Of a DNA stretch of 64,000 nt, positions 51,800 to 63,366 are shown piece by piece. This stretch comes from Pseudogymnoascus verrucosus (lineage: Eukaryota): the NCBI GenBank assembly GCA_001662655.1, contig KV460289.1; one strand, 5' to 3'. The notes under the pieces were generated by a model. The model did not search any database and was not told where the DNA came from. It saw only the letters and a list, made by a program, of their open reading frames with translations. Position numbers and translations under genes: made by a program. The first letter of the stretch is position 1. Every line of letters begins with the position of its first letter.

Positions 51800-53038
51800 A
51801 TGGCTGGAAAGGGAAAGAAGGGAAAGTCGAAGGGCGGAAACAAGCCCAAGGCTGCGTCGCAGGCGCCCAAGCAGACCCCGGCGGTTGAGGCTGGAGCCGC
51901 TGCTGCTGCCGTTGCTGCGAACTCGTCGCCTCCCATTGACAGCGAGCTTATTACGCCAGGCGCGTTGGATTTGAAGATCAGTGATCCGGAGGTCGCTGCG
52001 GTTGCGGGAGAGGAAGCGGGGGATAAGGCGGCGTCTGAGACTGGTGCTGCTGCCGCTGCCGCTGCTCCTGCCGCTAAGGCTGTGGAGAAGGAGACAGAGG
52101 CGCCAGTTCCTGCTGCTGAGAAGCTGCAGAAGGAGGAGCCTGTTGTCGCTGAGACGAAGAAGGAGGAGCCAATTGTCGCTGCTGCTGAGAAGCAGAAGGA
52201 AGCGCCAGTTGTCGCCGAGAAGCAGAGGGATGCGCCAATTGCTGCTGAGAAGCAACAAAAGGAGGCACCTCTCCCTGCTGCCGTAGGCGCACAGAAGGAT
52301 GTGTCAGCTCCCGCTGCTGAGTCGAAACAAGCTCCCACCATCGGAGGCGCAAGCGCTGCCCCTCTCGCTGCTGGTATTGCGTCTACTAAGAGCGACTTCC
52401 TGGCAAACAACAACCCCTTCATCGCTGCGCCCACAAAGGAGGCCCCCCCCGCAGTCGCCGCGCCCGTGAAGGAGACCAAGCCCTTCGAGAGCCCTGCCGT
52501 CGCTGCACCTGTTAAGGAGACCCCAGCACCAGCAACCGAGACGGAGGCATTCAAGGATATCCCCATCCAATCCGAGGAGACCGTGCCAGCTCCCAAGGTC
52601 CAGCAACCAGAGGTCGCCGTGCCCTCGCACGCAACCCCACCTGCCAGCACAAACCCCTACACGCAGCCACTCAAGACAACCAACGAAGGCGTAGCCAAAG
52701 TCGAGAAGAAGATCGCCGCCGACGGCTTCGAAGCCGCTCCCCTAGCCAAGCCCACCCCCCTCCCCACGGCACCCGACCACGTCACGGAAACCACCCCTTA
52801 CCAACCCCCCGCGCCCGCCGCCGCCGTCCCGCAACCGCAGCAGCCCACCACCACCACCGCGGCCGCCCCCATCCCCGCACAGGACACGACCACCGGCACC
52901 GCAGGAGTGCGTTCCCCGTCCCCGTCCCCCGCCCCCGCTCCCCGCCCCGCCTCCGCCACGCCGCTCACCGAACTGAAACTGATGCAGACCTCAGCGTCCG
53001 ACGCCGAGCACAAGTCCGGCTGCTGCGTCGTCCAGTAA
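51800..53038 (+). CDS. Ala/Pro/Glu/Lys-rich disordered protein with polybasic N-terminus and C-terminal CaaX (CCVVQ); probable in-frame intron 52907-52987
   Basis: ATG ORF with biased codons; internal 10-11-aa repeats (EAPVVAEKQK-like, about 52075-52280); GTGCGT..GCAG 81-nt intron candidate; ends SGCCVVQ-stop. Confidence 0.8.
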   Translation: MAGKGKKGKSKGGNKPKAASQAPKQTPAVEAGAAAAAVAANSSPPIDSELITPGALDLKISDPEVAAVAGEEAGDKAASETGAAAAAAAPAAKAVEKETEAPVPAAEKLQKEEPVVAETKKEEPIVAAAEKQKEAPVVAEKQRDAPIAAEKQQKEAPLPAAVGAQKDVSAPAAESKQAPTIGGASAAPLAAGIASTKSDFLANNNPFIAAPTKEAPPAVAAPVKETKPFESPAVAAPVKETPAPATETEAFKDIPIQSEETVPAPKVQQPEVAVPSHATPPASTNPYTQPLKTTNEGVAKVEKKIAADGFEAAPLAKPTPLPTAPDHVTETTPYQPPAPAAAVPQPQQPTTTTAAAPIPAQDTTTGTAGVRSPSPSPAPAPRPASATPLTELKLMQTSASDAEHKSGCCVVQ

Positions 53039-53075
53039 GCTGGCCCGCGGGGCGCCCGATTCCGATTCCGCGAAG

Positions 53076-54106
53076 ATGCAGGCGCCGAAGAGAAGTCCGT
53101 CGCGGAAGGAGAGCGAGGCGAAGGAGTTCTGGCCGGCTGTGTATACGTCTTCTCCCCGCCCTGAGGAGAGAGGTGGGGATGGGACCAAGACTCAAACTCA
53201 AATGAAGACTCAAACTCAGAATCAGACTCCCACACCATCAGCGCCTTCAAACCACCCGCCCGCCCTCGCATCACCAGCACACATCCCCTCTCCCCTCCCC
53301 ACCACCACCTCCACAACAACCACCAGCACATCCCGCACCCCCCCTCCCCCCCCCCGCAGCCCCTCCCCCCTCTCCCAAGGCCGCCCAACCTCCCCCCTCC
53401 CCCTCGGAAACGCATTCCCCCTCGGCCCACCCGCCCAAAAATCCGCTCCCCATTCCGCGGAAGACATTTCAGACCCGGGCTACTTACCGGTTGAAGACAC
53501 GGTGGACGGGTTTATCAATCCCTGGAGCCGGGCTGCGCGGTTGGGGGGCGTTAAATCGCCTGTTACTGGTGGTGGTGGTGATGCGGATGNNNNNNNNNNN
53601 NNNNNNNNNNNNNNNNNNNNNNNNNNNNNNNNNNNNNNNNNNNNNNNNNNNNNNNNNNNNNNNNNNNNNNNNNNNNNNNNNNNNNNNNNNNNNNNNNNNN
53701 NNNNNNNNNNNNNNNNNNNNNCCCCGCCGAGAAACCGATCAACACCGGCCCCAACCGGGAAAAAAACCCTTTCTTCCCTCCCCGCGCTACGTCGCCGTCA
53801 TCGACCGAGACGTCCTCTACGCATTCTAAGATCCCGCGCAAGCCGGCGCCGAAGAAGTTGCCGAGGCTGGATGGGATGGAGGATGTTAGGTTGGAGGAGT
53901 TGCCTGTTGGTGCGCCTGGTGGTGGGAGGGGGNNNNNNNNNNNNNNNNNNNNNNNNNNNNNNNNNNNNNNNNNNNNNNNNNNNNNNNNNNNNNNNNNNNN
54001 NNNNNNNNNNNNNNNNNNNNNNNNNNNNNNNNNNNNNNNNGGGGTGGTGGGGGGTTGGTGGTGGGGTTGGGGGTTGGGTTGGGGAGGAAGTGAGGTGGTG
54101 AGGTGA
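53076..54106 (+). CDS. Pro/Ser/Thr-rich coding segment broken by assembly gaps; possibly an alternative last exon of the upstream gene
   Basis: Protein-like translation before (EFWPAVYTSSPRP..DGFINPWSR) and between the gaps (PAEKPINTGPNREKNPFFPPR..KIPRKP). Confidence 0.5.
53590..53721. other. Assembly gap (N run)
   Basis: Ns in sequence. Confidence 1.
53933..54040. other. Assembly gap (N run)
   Basis: Ns in sequence, flanked by G-rich tracts. Confidence 1.
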
Positions 54107-54960
54107 TGATGGTTGTCAGTTGTTTGGGTTTGGGTTTGGGTCTGGGTAATGATGGAATGTACATGGTTTGGGTACGGACGGTGTCTTGGGCTTTCGTGGG
54201 AAGGAATCGGGAGCATGGAATATGGATATACTGGATTGTTGGATGTGAGATAGATGGTGTTTTATGTTTTGTTACTGTATTGTAATTCTATGTATGGTAG
54301 CTAGCTTATAGCAGAAAAAAGATGTCTGGTGATACTTGATACTTTTGAGCACTCTTGAGGATCCTGAGTATAAATCGCAGTCGACAGTGCCTGGAAATAC
54401 CAACCTCAACCCCGAAATCCCCATACTCCCTATCCGCCGCCCCATCTGTCTGTACGGCTAGCTCACCTCGGCACGGAAGAAAGGAGAAGCTGTAAGAAGA
54501 ATGACTTACTTCCAAGCGATACTGGAGATTGTCATGTTTTCGTGGGAAGAATCTCCATGTTCTTCATTCTAGAGCCGCGTTTAATAATTATTTTCAAGAT
54601 GGGATGATGGGCTGTTGTCGTTCTCGCCATCAGCTGTCTTTCTCATTGTCGATTACCCTTCTCACCATCGGCCGCTCTTCTCACTGCCAATTACCCTTTC
54701 CACCGCCAGCCACCCTTCTCACTGTCAGCCACCTCTCCCACCTTCATATAAAACTAGTATCTGGATAACGAAGATACGTCTGAGACCTCATATATGCCTC
54801 GAAGTTATTTTCTCAATACCATTCCCTTCCTATATACCTTGAGGATGCAAGGACATGGTGTGGGGGGTGGGAGTCAGCACCAGGATGCTGCATATATGTG
54901 CATACGGTGGTAAGAGCCCATCAGTTAGTACTTCCAATATGTATATATATACCCATACCT

Positions 54961-55186
54961 ACCTAGCCGGTCGTTCCTTCCCTGTATATAACTTCTCTGG
55001 ACGTCCCTTCCTTGCATACAACTTATTCGCACGTTCCTTCCCTATTCACAACTTACTCACTCGTTCCTTGCTTACCTATAACTTCTTCACACGTTCCTTT
55101 CTTGTTTATAACTTCTTCACACGTTCCTTCCCTGCATATAACTTTCTTCCCTCGTTCCTTCCTCATCTATAACTACTTCTTCACGT
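54961..55186. repeat. 30-bp minisatellite, about 7 copies
   Basis: Consensus ACTTCTTCACACGTTCCTTCCCTGCATATA recurs every 30 nt from 54961 to 55140, then decays. Confidence 0.9.
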
Positions 55187-55625
55187 GATGTTCATTCCTT
55201 ATTTATTAGTTACTCGCCCGTTCCTCCCTTACTCACAACTTACTCGTCCGCCCGTTCCCTCCTCGCACAAAACTCACTCTCAGTCAGCGGGACTCGAAAG
55301 AGGATATAAAGCAAGGCAGCTGTCCTACCCTTCTCGCACCAACCCTCACCTCCCCCCTCAACCCCTCCTCCTCGGCCCTCCTCTCGCAATTCACCCACTC
55401 ACACCGTCACCAATCCCAATTACGCGCGGAGCAGTTTAGTTACTTACCTTTCTCGTAAACCATGCATGGTCTTGTTGGTTTTGAATGTTGGCAGTCAGTC
55501 CTTCTTTGGCACCACTAGGATTTCTAGCACGTGATTCCCTCGTGACCTTCCTCATACGCAACACTATCCATGCATGAAGATGCAAGGCCACGAGTCAGTC
55601 AAAGAGACTGAAGAGGCGATGATTG

Positions 55626-55652
55626 TCTCCTCCTCCTCCTCCTCCTCCTCCT
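55626..55652. repeat. (CTC)n microsatellite
   Basis: About 9 consecutive CTC units. Confidence 0.85.
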
Positions 55653-56302
55653 CGCCGACTTACTCAACTCACAACCCCCACACGTGACCCCCTCCCGTCC
55701 CGCATATCCTCACACACACACACCGAAGCCACCCGTCCCCAATGCCGGGAAGAGCCCGTCTTTGACACACGCCCATCTAGACCCCCTCCATATCCGTGCA
55801 ATCCAACCTGCCAAGGAAAACCAACTCTGCAAGAGAAAAAACCCGCATCCCCATATCCGGTAACCTAGTAAAAAAATCTCGAATCTCAAATCTCAAATTT
55901 CTCAGTCAATCAATATACTTGCCCTGTCAGACACATCTCGCCCCTCTGCCCCTCTTGCCCTCCTAGCAAAAAACGTGGCGTTCCACAGCCGGCAGGTGCG
56001 AGTGAGTGGATCCACGTGACTTGGCATTCGTGCGGTCATTGTAGAGTAGAGTACAGTAATCCCGGCAGAAGCGAAAAAGAAAATAAAAAAAGAAGGCTAA
56101 TAACTTGCTCATGCCTGACTGCCATTGGTTACAGTGGACACAGGAAATGGACAATGTCTTGGGTGATGGATGCCCAGACGCTTTCGGCATGAACTCGGCC
56201 ATGGCTACTGGCGGCCACCAACAAGGTTACTGTAGTGCTGTACTCCGTAGTGAGGAAAAGTGGTGTGAGGGGTGGAGATTTGATCCGTTGGTTTTTCTGA
56301 TG

Positions 56303-57327
56303 ATCTGATGATCTGATTAGATACTGGACCGCCCGTCCAATTCCGTCGTTGGCTGCTTGGTCGTGTGTGGGTTGGTGTGTGACGGGAATTTCCGGCTATG
56401 CACTAGCGATGGGATTTCTGCAGTGACGAAACGCCATGAAATGTTTACGGGCTAGATGTTGGCGAATGAGCGATTAAAGGCCAAGCCACGAAAAGAGTGA
56501 TGGACCAACGGGGGAAGAGATGAAGCTATGGCAAGCCACGTTCGCGCACTCCGAGGACGGGGCGGGGCGGGGTGTTGCGATGGTGCTACTGTAATTCTAC
56601 GGAGTACTGTAAATGGGAGAGTGGGATGGGCTTGGTGGGTGTGGGAATTTGTTTGATTGGGAGGAGATGGGAGGAGATGGGAGGCTAGGGAGGAGATTGG
56701 GGGGGATCTGATAATGTTGGGTGGAAGTGTGGTGGTACTGGCGGTGGTACTACTAGTGGGAATAGTGGGAATAGTGGGAGGGGCAGGGAAGGGAAAGGAT
56801 CTGATTACGTGTGTGTGTTGATGCCCGGATGGGTAGGAGCAAGGGTCTGGCAGGATCTGATAAGCGATATTTTGTTGTTTAGTTATTTGGTTATGGGGGG
56901 GGAGGGGGGATGAAGGGTCGTCTTAAGGGTATTAAGGGTCTATGGGGGATTGTTATGATGATGATGGTAAGTGTAGTATGATGGTATAAGGGTAAAGGGT
57001 CTACGAAGGATGAGATAAAAAAGTCCAACAGTACATCCACCACCACACAAGGATCACAGCATCTCATGTGCAAACCAGACACTTAGTTTCTCTTTTCTCC
57101 GATCAAACTAACTAGCACATGCCTCTCTTGGCTGCTAGCTAGCTGGGCTGCTAGCGGAAAAGAGAAAAAAACAGCGTGGGTGTGGGTGTGTGGGTGGGCG
57201 TATGTGGGCATGGCCGTACATGTCGACGAGGTTGTAGTGGGTCCCCCAGCATCAAAGCTATGTAATATACGGTAAACACGGTAATACTATAACAAGGGGA
57301 TCGGCACTCTGCAAAATCTTATCAGAT
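56303..57327. promoter_or_regulatory. Cluster of SreA/Sre1-type GATA iron-repression motifs
   Basis: ATCTGATAA at 56706-56714, 56855-56863 and (reverse) 57319-57327; one-mismatch copies at 56303, 56311, 56799; upstream of a siderophore transporter. Confidence 0.75.
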
Positions 57328-57543
57328 CCGCTGCGTCCCTTCCCTCTCCGTCCTGCTCGTCGTAGTCGTGCATTTTGTCTTGTCTTGTTTGTTCTGCTTC
57401 TTGATCCCTCTCTCTCTCACTCACTCTCGCCGTCGCATTGTATCACTCAGTCTCACCCAGTCTCACCCAGTCTCACCCACCTACCCCGCCGGTGCTACCT
57501 CCCACACACGCACACCCACGCCGCGGGCCCGGATCAGCCAGCC

Positions 57544-59839
57544 ATGTCGTGGTCCAAGATCTTCTCCGAGAAGAAGAGGTCGTCGCAGGAGGAGCCAGAT
57601 CTGTCGCAGTCACAAGAGCAACAAGAGCCAAAGCACGAGATCTCCGACTCCGAGCCACGCACCTCCGACGACAGCTCTAAGCACATCTATGGCGCCAAGT
57701 CGCTGGGTGTCAAGCGCATCGAGGCTATCTCAGCGCAGTTCACGGGGTTGGATAAGATTGTGCTGTTTTTCAGCATCTTTCTCGTCGCGTATGCGTATGG
57801 GCTTGATGGGACGATTAGGTATACTTACCAGGTGAGTCTTTTGTGTGGTGGTGGTGGTAGTGTTTGAGAAGGGCATTTTTTTGGGTGGTGGTGTTGTTTG
57901 TGCTGGTGTTTGAGAAGGTCAATTTCTAGGTGGTGTTGGGAGAGGATTGATTGGCACTGAACAACAAAATGAGAAGGAGCGATGAATGGTATGGATAGAG
58001 CAATGCTGACTTCTTTCCCCCCCACAGCCACTTGCGACAGCCAGCTTTAGTCAACACAGTCTGCTAGCCACCGTCACCGTCCTGCGTTCCATCATTGGCG
58101 CGGCAGCACAGGTAAGCAAGACCCAATGGACGGAAAACGAAGCAATTCTAACCATTTCAAACTTATAGCCGGCAGCAGCCAAGATTGCCGATGTGTTTGG
58201 TCGCGTCGAGCTCGTTATCATCGGCATTTTCTTCTATGCCCTCGGCACCATCGTCGAGGCTGTCTCGACCGGCGTCTCTTCCTTCGCGGCGGGCGCGGTG
58301 CTGTATCAGGTATGCCCTGCCCATCATTCCCATACGAAACACATCTAACCAGCACAGGTTGGCTACACCGTCATCATGCTCCTCGCTGAAGTCCTCATCG
58401 CGGATCTGACATCTCTCCGCTCGCGTCTGTTCTTCTCATACCTCCCCGCAGCCCCATTCCTCGTGAGTCCCCTTCCTCCCCCGCCACCTCTACCCGACCA
58501 ACCTACTCACATGACTAGATCAACACCTGGGTCAGCGGTGATGTCACCGCCGCTGTCTTGGCAAAAGCAGGCTGGCGATGGGGTGTCGGCATGTGGGCGC
58601 TCATCTTCCCCGTCTGTGCCATGCCCCTCCTCATCACCCTCCTCCTGGCCGGCCGCCGTGCCGACCGCGCCGGCAAGCTCGCCTCCTTCAAGACGCCCTT
58701 CCAGGCCCTCGGCTGGAAGCAGTTCCTCATCGAGCTATTCCTGCAACTTGACGTCGTAGGCATCATCCTCATCATCGCCGTCTTTTCCCTCATTCTCGTT
58801 CCCCTCACCCTCGCCGGCGGCGTCAAGGAGACCTGGAAGACCGCGCACATCATCGCGCCCCTCGTCATCGGCGTCTTCACTATTCCCGTCTTCATCCTCT
58901 GGGAGAAGAACTGCAAGCACCCTATGGTCCCCTTCCGCCTCCTTAAGGACCGCGGTGTTTGGAGCGCCCTGCTCGTCGCTATCATGCTCAACACGGCTTG
59001 GTACATGCAGGGTGACTACCTGTACACCGTCCTCATTGTGGCGTTTGGCGAGTCCGTTAAGTCGGCTACGCGCATCACATCGCTGTACAGCTTCGTCTCC
59101 GTCATCACGGGGTTGATCACCGGTATCGTCGTCCGCTTCGTCCACTACCTCAAGCCTTTCATCGTTGCCGGCACCGCCCTCTTCACCGTCGCCTTCGGTC
59201 TGCTCATCCACTACCGTGGCGGCACCGGTGGCGCAAACCACTCCGGTATTATTGGCGCACAGGTCCTCCTCGGTATCGCAGGTGGTCTGTTCCCCTACAC
59301 CGCACAGGCCAGTATCCAAGCCGCCACCAAGCACGAGCGTAAGTCCCCCCCCCACTCTCCCTACCATCTCTACCAAGTAGCTTAAACTAACCCCCTCCCC
59401 CTTAGACGTCGCCGTCATAACCGGCCTCTACCTCGCCAACTACTACGTCGGCGGCGCCTTCGGCAACGCCATCTCCGGCGCTATCTGGACGCAAGTCCTC
59501 CCCGGCAAGCTGGCCTCCCATCTCTCCCTCGTCACCTCGGACGCTGCCCTCGCCGTCAGCGCGTACGGCAACCCGTTCGCGTTCATTGAGGAGTTTCCCG
59601 TTGGTACGCCGGAGCGGGGGGCGGTCATCGCGTCGTACCAGGAGACGCAGAGGTTGTTGTGTATTACGGGGATTTGTCTGAGTGTGCCGTTGATTGTGTT
59701 TGGGTTGCTCACGAGGAATCCGAAGTTGGGGAAGGAGCAGAGCTTGAAGGATGCGGAGAGGTTTGATAGTAGTGTTGAGAGTGTGGTGGAGCCGGTTGAG
59801 AGGGGGGAGGTGGTGGAGGGGGAGAAGGTTGGTAACTAA
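57544..59839 (+). CDS. SIT1: Siderophore-iron MFS transporter (SIT1/ARN family); exons 57544-57831, 58028-58111, 58169-58309, 58358-58462, 58519-59338, 59406-59839
   Basis: [78 protein letters not shown]; many TM helices. Confidence 0.92.
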
Positions 59840-61382
59840 CTAGTTGCGGGAAAAAGGGGTTGTAGATTACTTTAATTTATTTTGTTTGGGAGGGGAATGG
59901 GGGATTGTTGTAGAATAGGGTTCATATGGGGGTGTATTTAATGGGATTATCATACTATTTATTAGCTCTTTCAAGGGCGTCATCATCATTTATATTTACT
60001 CGTACGATGGCTTAAGAGGGAGCGAAAAATATATTTACCATCTCCTCCCATAACCCGCATCTAGCCATCACAACATCGCCCGCCGACGATGAGCGATGAG
60101 CGACACGGGGACGGTTAAAAAAAATCGTCTATAAAGCAGTGACAACGCTTCGAAGAATCCCGTCTCCTTAGGTCAAATCAGCAGTAGACCTCATCGAGAA
60201 TGGAAATAAGATGCTTGTGGCATGTGGGAGTTTTTTTTTGGTTTTGTTTTTGTTTATACGGAAGTCAGTTCGCGGGGGTTTTTCCCCCCTGCAGTTGATG
60301 ATATTTACCCGCTGTCTGCTGTCTGCTGTCTGCTGTCTCTCGTGTTTTTTTTTCTCGTTGTTAAACGGGGGTTTCTCGTTCGCCATCTCGCTGTCGTCCT
60401 AGGCCTTCTCGTCACTGCCGGATCATCTCATCACCGCTGCTGAGCTGTCTACTCTCTGAAATGATGTTGATGCGTAGTGCGCGTGTGTTGTAATGAACCC
60501 CACCTCAAACTAAACCCCCGTTGTCGTCCGCGCCACGCTCCTGTTCCAACAGATTTTACCATCTGGTTGGTGGCGCGAGATGGTTTGTGTGGGGGATGGG
60601 GGAGTTATGTATGGAGATCGCATGAGGTGGATGGGTGGGATTTTTGGTTGTTGCGTGGATTTAGGGAGGGGGGTTGTGGAGTGCGGAGATGGGGAAGCTT
60701 CGAGCTGGTGGTGGGGAGGGAGGATGGGGAGGGAGTATGTTTTCCCTGCTGCTGTATGTCATGGGGATCTCGGTATGGGATGATGACTTACCTTTGTGAT
60801 CATGCCGTTTGGTTTGTTGAGTATGCTCTTTTCCGGCAGTAGGGGTTTCCCCTCGGATTTGACGCACCTTGGTTCCATGTCCTGGGGGTGTTTGATATGG
60901 AGCGAGGCGACGTGATCACAACGCGTTTGTGTGTGCCGATTCTTGTATAAACGCCTGCGCCAGCGTGGGTTCTGATTTTTTTTGTTTGGTGTTCCCGCGT
61001 AGAGGTATGATTGATGCCGCCGAGAAGATGGGGGGTGGGCTGTGTCGAGCAGGGGAAAATCGGTTTGTTGTGGGCTTACCTGGTTTTAATTTCGGTGATT
61101 GTCTGTGAGGATCTTCCTGTCGAGTTTTCCCATGGCTCCTTCAGCCTCGCATTGTGATGTTTGACCAGGCGGCTACAGTACGCATGGCACTGTTCAGTCT
61201 TATACAGTTTGTGCGGTCACATTGGGTTTGTGTAGATTTGCCAAGTTCCGCTCCCATTGATTGTCCTTGTATCGATAACCCTACCACCACCCACAACCGT
61301 CGCGCCCACTCCTCTATATAATCCCCCAGCCCAGCACGCCCTTTCAATCCAAAGTCCAAAATCCCCCCAAAAAATATATATA

Positions 61383-63242
61383 ACGTGGGTGGACATGACC
61401 CTGCGCACGACAGGACCCTGCGCACTTTTCCTTGGCATTAAACTTTGAATATTAATAAATCAACCACAACACATTAAATTAACTATAACTAAAAGGAATC
61501 AGATGAACTAGATATATCTACAGCTTCTTGACAAGTTCGTACGTTATGACCGGCTTTTCTGCAGATCCCACAGCGCCGCCTAGACTGTTGCCCCTCCCTA
61601 CGACTACCCCCTGCCGCACGTACGTCGCGTCGTATCTGCTCATCTACGTCCTCCTGTACAATAATATCCTGTGCATCCTCTACTATAAGTGCACCCCCTT
61701 CACGGACACGAGCCTTTTTAGCCCTACGGCGTTTGCTAAGGGCTTTATTAGCCGCTTGAAGGGTACGCACCTTAGCGGACAGAAGGGTGTTCTTATAGGC
61801 TAGTCGCTCTGTACCCTTTGCTAGCGCAACAACTGTCTCAAAAAGTGGAGTTGGCGAGCTCCCTTAGTGACGGGCAATCCGATTTCGAACAAGTGTTGTT
61901 TGTGAAAGAGCCTCAGTTGGGTTAGAAGGGGTCTAGGAGACCTAAGGGGTAGTGTTAGCAGTAGAGGGTCTAGAGGGAGTTGGAGTTCGTAACTTCACGT
62001 CAAGCTTTGAAAGCACTGCTTGCGGGTCAAAAGGCACTAAGCTAGCTCTACGGAATCTAGCCTGACAGTTTTGGGCTGTCATTGACTCTTTGTATGCTGC
62101 TGTAAAGGCTAGAAAGAACTCTACCTTCGTGATATGGTTAATATAGGCTTTGATAAACGTCTCAATCTGCCGACCGTACGCCCGCTTTAACACACTAAAG
62201 CACCCGACATCAAGTGGCTAGGTTAAATGAGACAAGTAAGAAGGTAGTCTAAGAGTTATAATGTTGTGTGACTTGCAGTACTCTTAGAACTTAGCCGATT
62301 TGTGACTCTTATGCCCATCTAAGACTAGTATTCGATATGGACCCCTTGCACGAGCAGTAGTGTGTTTATCGAAGTGTTTTAGCCATTCTAGACCTGTCTC
62401 ATTATTCGTCTATCCATTACTTGTCGGTTTGATAACCTAGTTAGGTGGGAGGCCACCGTCTATATACTAATTTAAAAGGTGGTTCTTGCCCTAAACTACT
62501 AGAAATGGAGGAACACTCTAGCCTTTACTATTAATATAAGCAATTGCTATAGCCCATTCCTAATTCCCTAGCTGAACTGCCTTGCCTCTGCCACGTCAAT
62601 CTGCATAGGTTACAACCATTGTAGGGCAAATCACACCCATTATGAAGCTAGTTTCGTTAAAGTTATAGAAGTCGCAGTCTAAAACCCCGTATTTTGCCCT
62701 TATATTTTCCACTAGTTGAAACCACGCGCCAATTAGCTTAGGATCTTCGCATAAGGCCCTTTAGAAATCATAAACGCGATTAAAACGCGTCTTAAGGGCT
62801 AGTTGTCGTTGTATAAACCGCTGTGCCTAGCGGCCTCCAACACGCGTCCCCCCACGCGATTCAAGAATAAAATTGGCCATATCTTCCACACTAGCTAGCC
62901 GGGGTGCAAACCCTCTAGAATCTAGCTCAAGTATATTCCGAACAATCACTTCCTCCTCTAACTTGGACAATTTGATATTTGCTGGCCGTCGCTCGGGGAG
63001 GGGAAGGTGGCCGTTCATTCTAAGCCTAAGTGACGATTCGGGAACTTTATAGAGCTTTGTAGCAGCTCGACGGCTTAGCTTTCTAGACGTTCGAATAGCC
63101 TCGATAGCTAGAATGATTTTTGCTTCTTTGGTAATAACTAACATAGTGGAAGGTGGATAAAACGCGTTCTAAAGTAAGAGGGTGGGGAATTCGCGAAAAG
63201 TGCGCAGGGTCCTGTCGTGCGCAGGGTCATGTCCACCCACGT
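61383..63242 (-). mobile_element. Fot1/Pot2-like (pogo; Tc1-mariner superfamily) DNA transposon, 1860 bp
   Basis: Perfect 48-bp TIRs (61383-61430 / 63195-63242, starting ACGTGGGTGGACATG), TA target duplication at 61381-61382 and 63243-63244. Confidence 0.97.
61489..63144 (-). pseudogene. Inactivated pogo-type DDE_1 transposase
   Basis: N-terminal HTH region, FYNFNETSF (normally FDETGF), LVLDGH, PLDVGCF, C-terminal CGICRKAGHNVRTC zinc knuckle; many in-frame TAG/TAA stops at expected Trp/Gln codons. Confidence 0.93.
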
Positions 63243-63293
63243 TATACCAAAAAATTAGCAAAAATAAAGGGTTTTGTAAATTGACCGTTCGGC

Positions 63294-63366
63294 AGGTCCT
63301 ACCGAGATTCGAACTCAGGTCCCCGGAATCAGAATCCGATGTGATAACCAACTACACTATAGAACC
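63294..63366 (-). tRNA. tRNA-Gln(CUG), copy 1
   Basis: GGTTCTA..TAGGACC+T acceptor, anticodon arm TCGGA-TT-CTG-AT-TCCGG, GTTCGAATC. Confidence 0.95.

Noticed and set aside
53035..53040. GTAAGC donor overlapping the CaaX stop codon
   Set aside because: Phase 2; the nearest acceptors (53075, 53081) do not lead into the protein-like downstream frame
59900..61380. Short hairpins, CTGTCTG repeats and small ORFs downstream of the transporter
   Set aside because: Low-complexity intergenic sequence with no supportable ncRNA or coding signal
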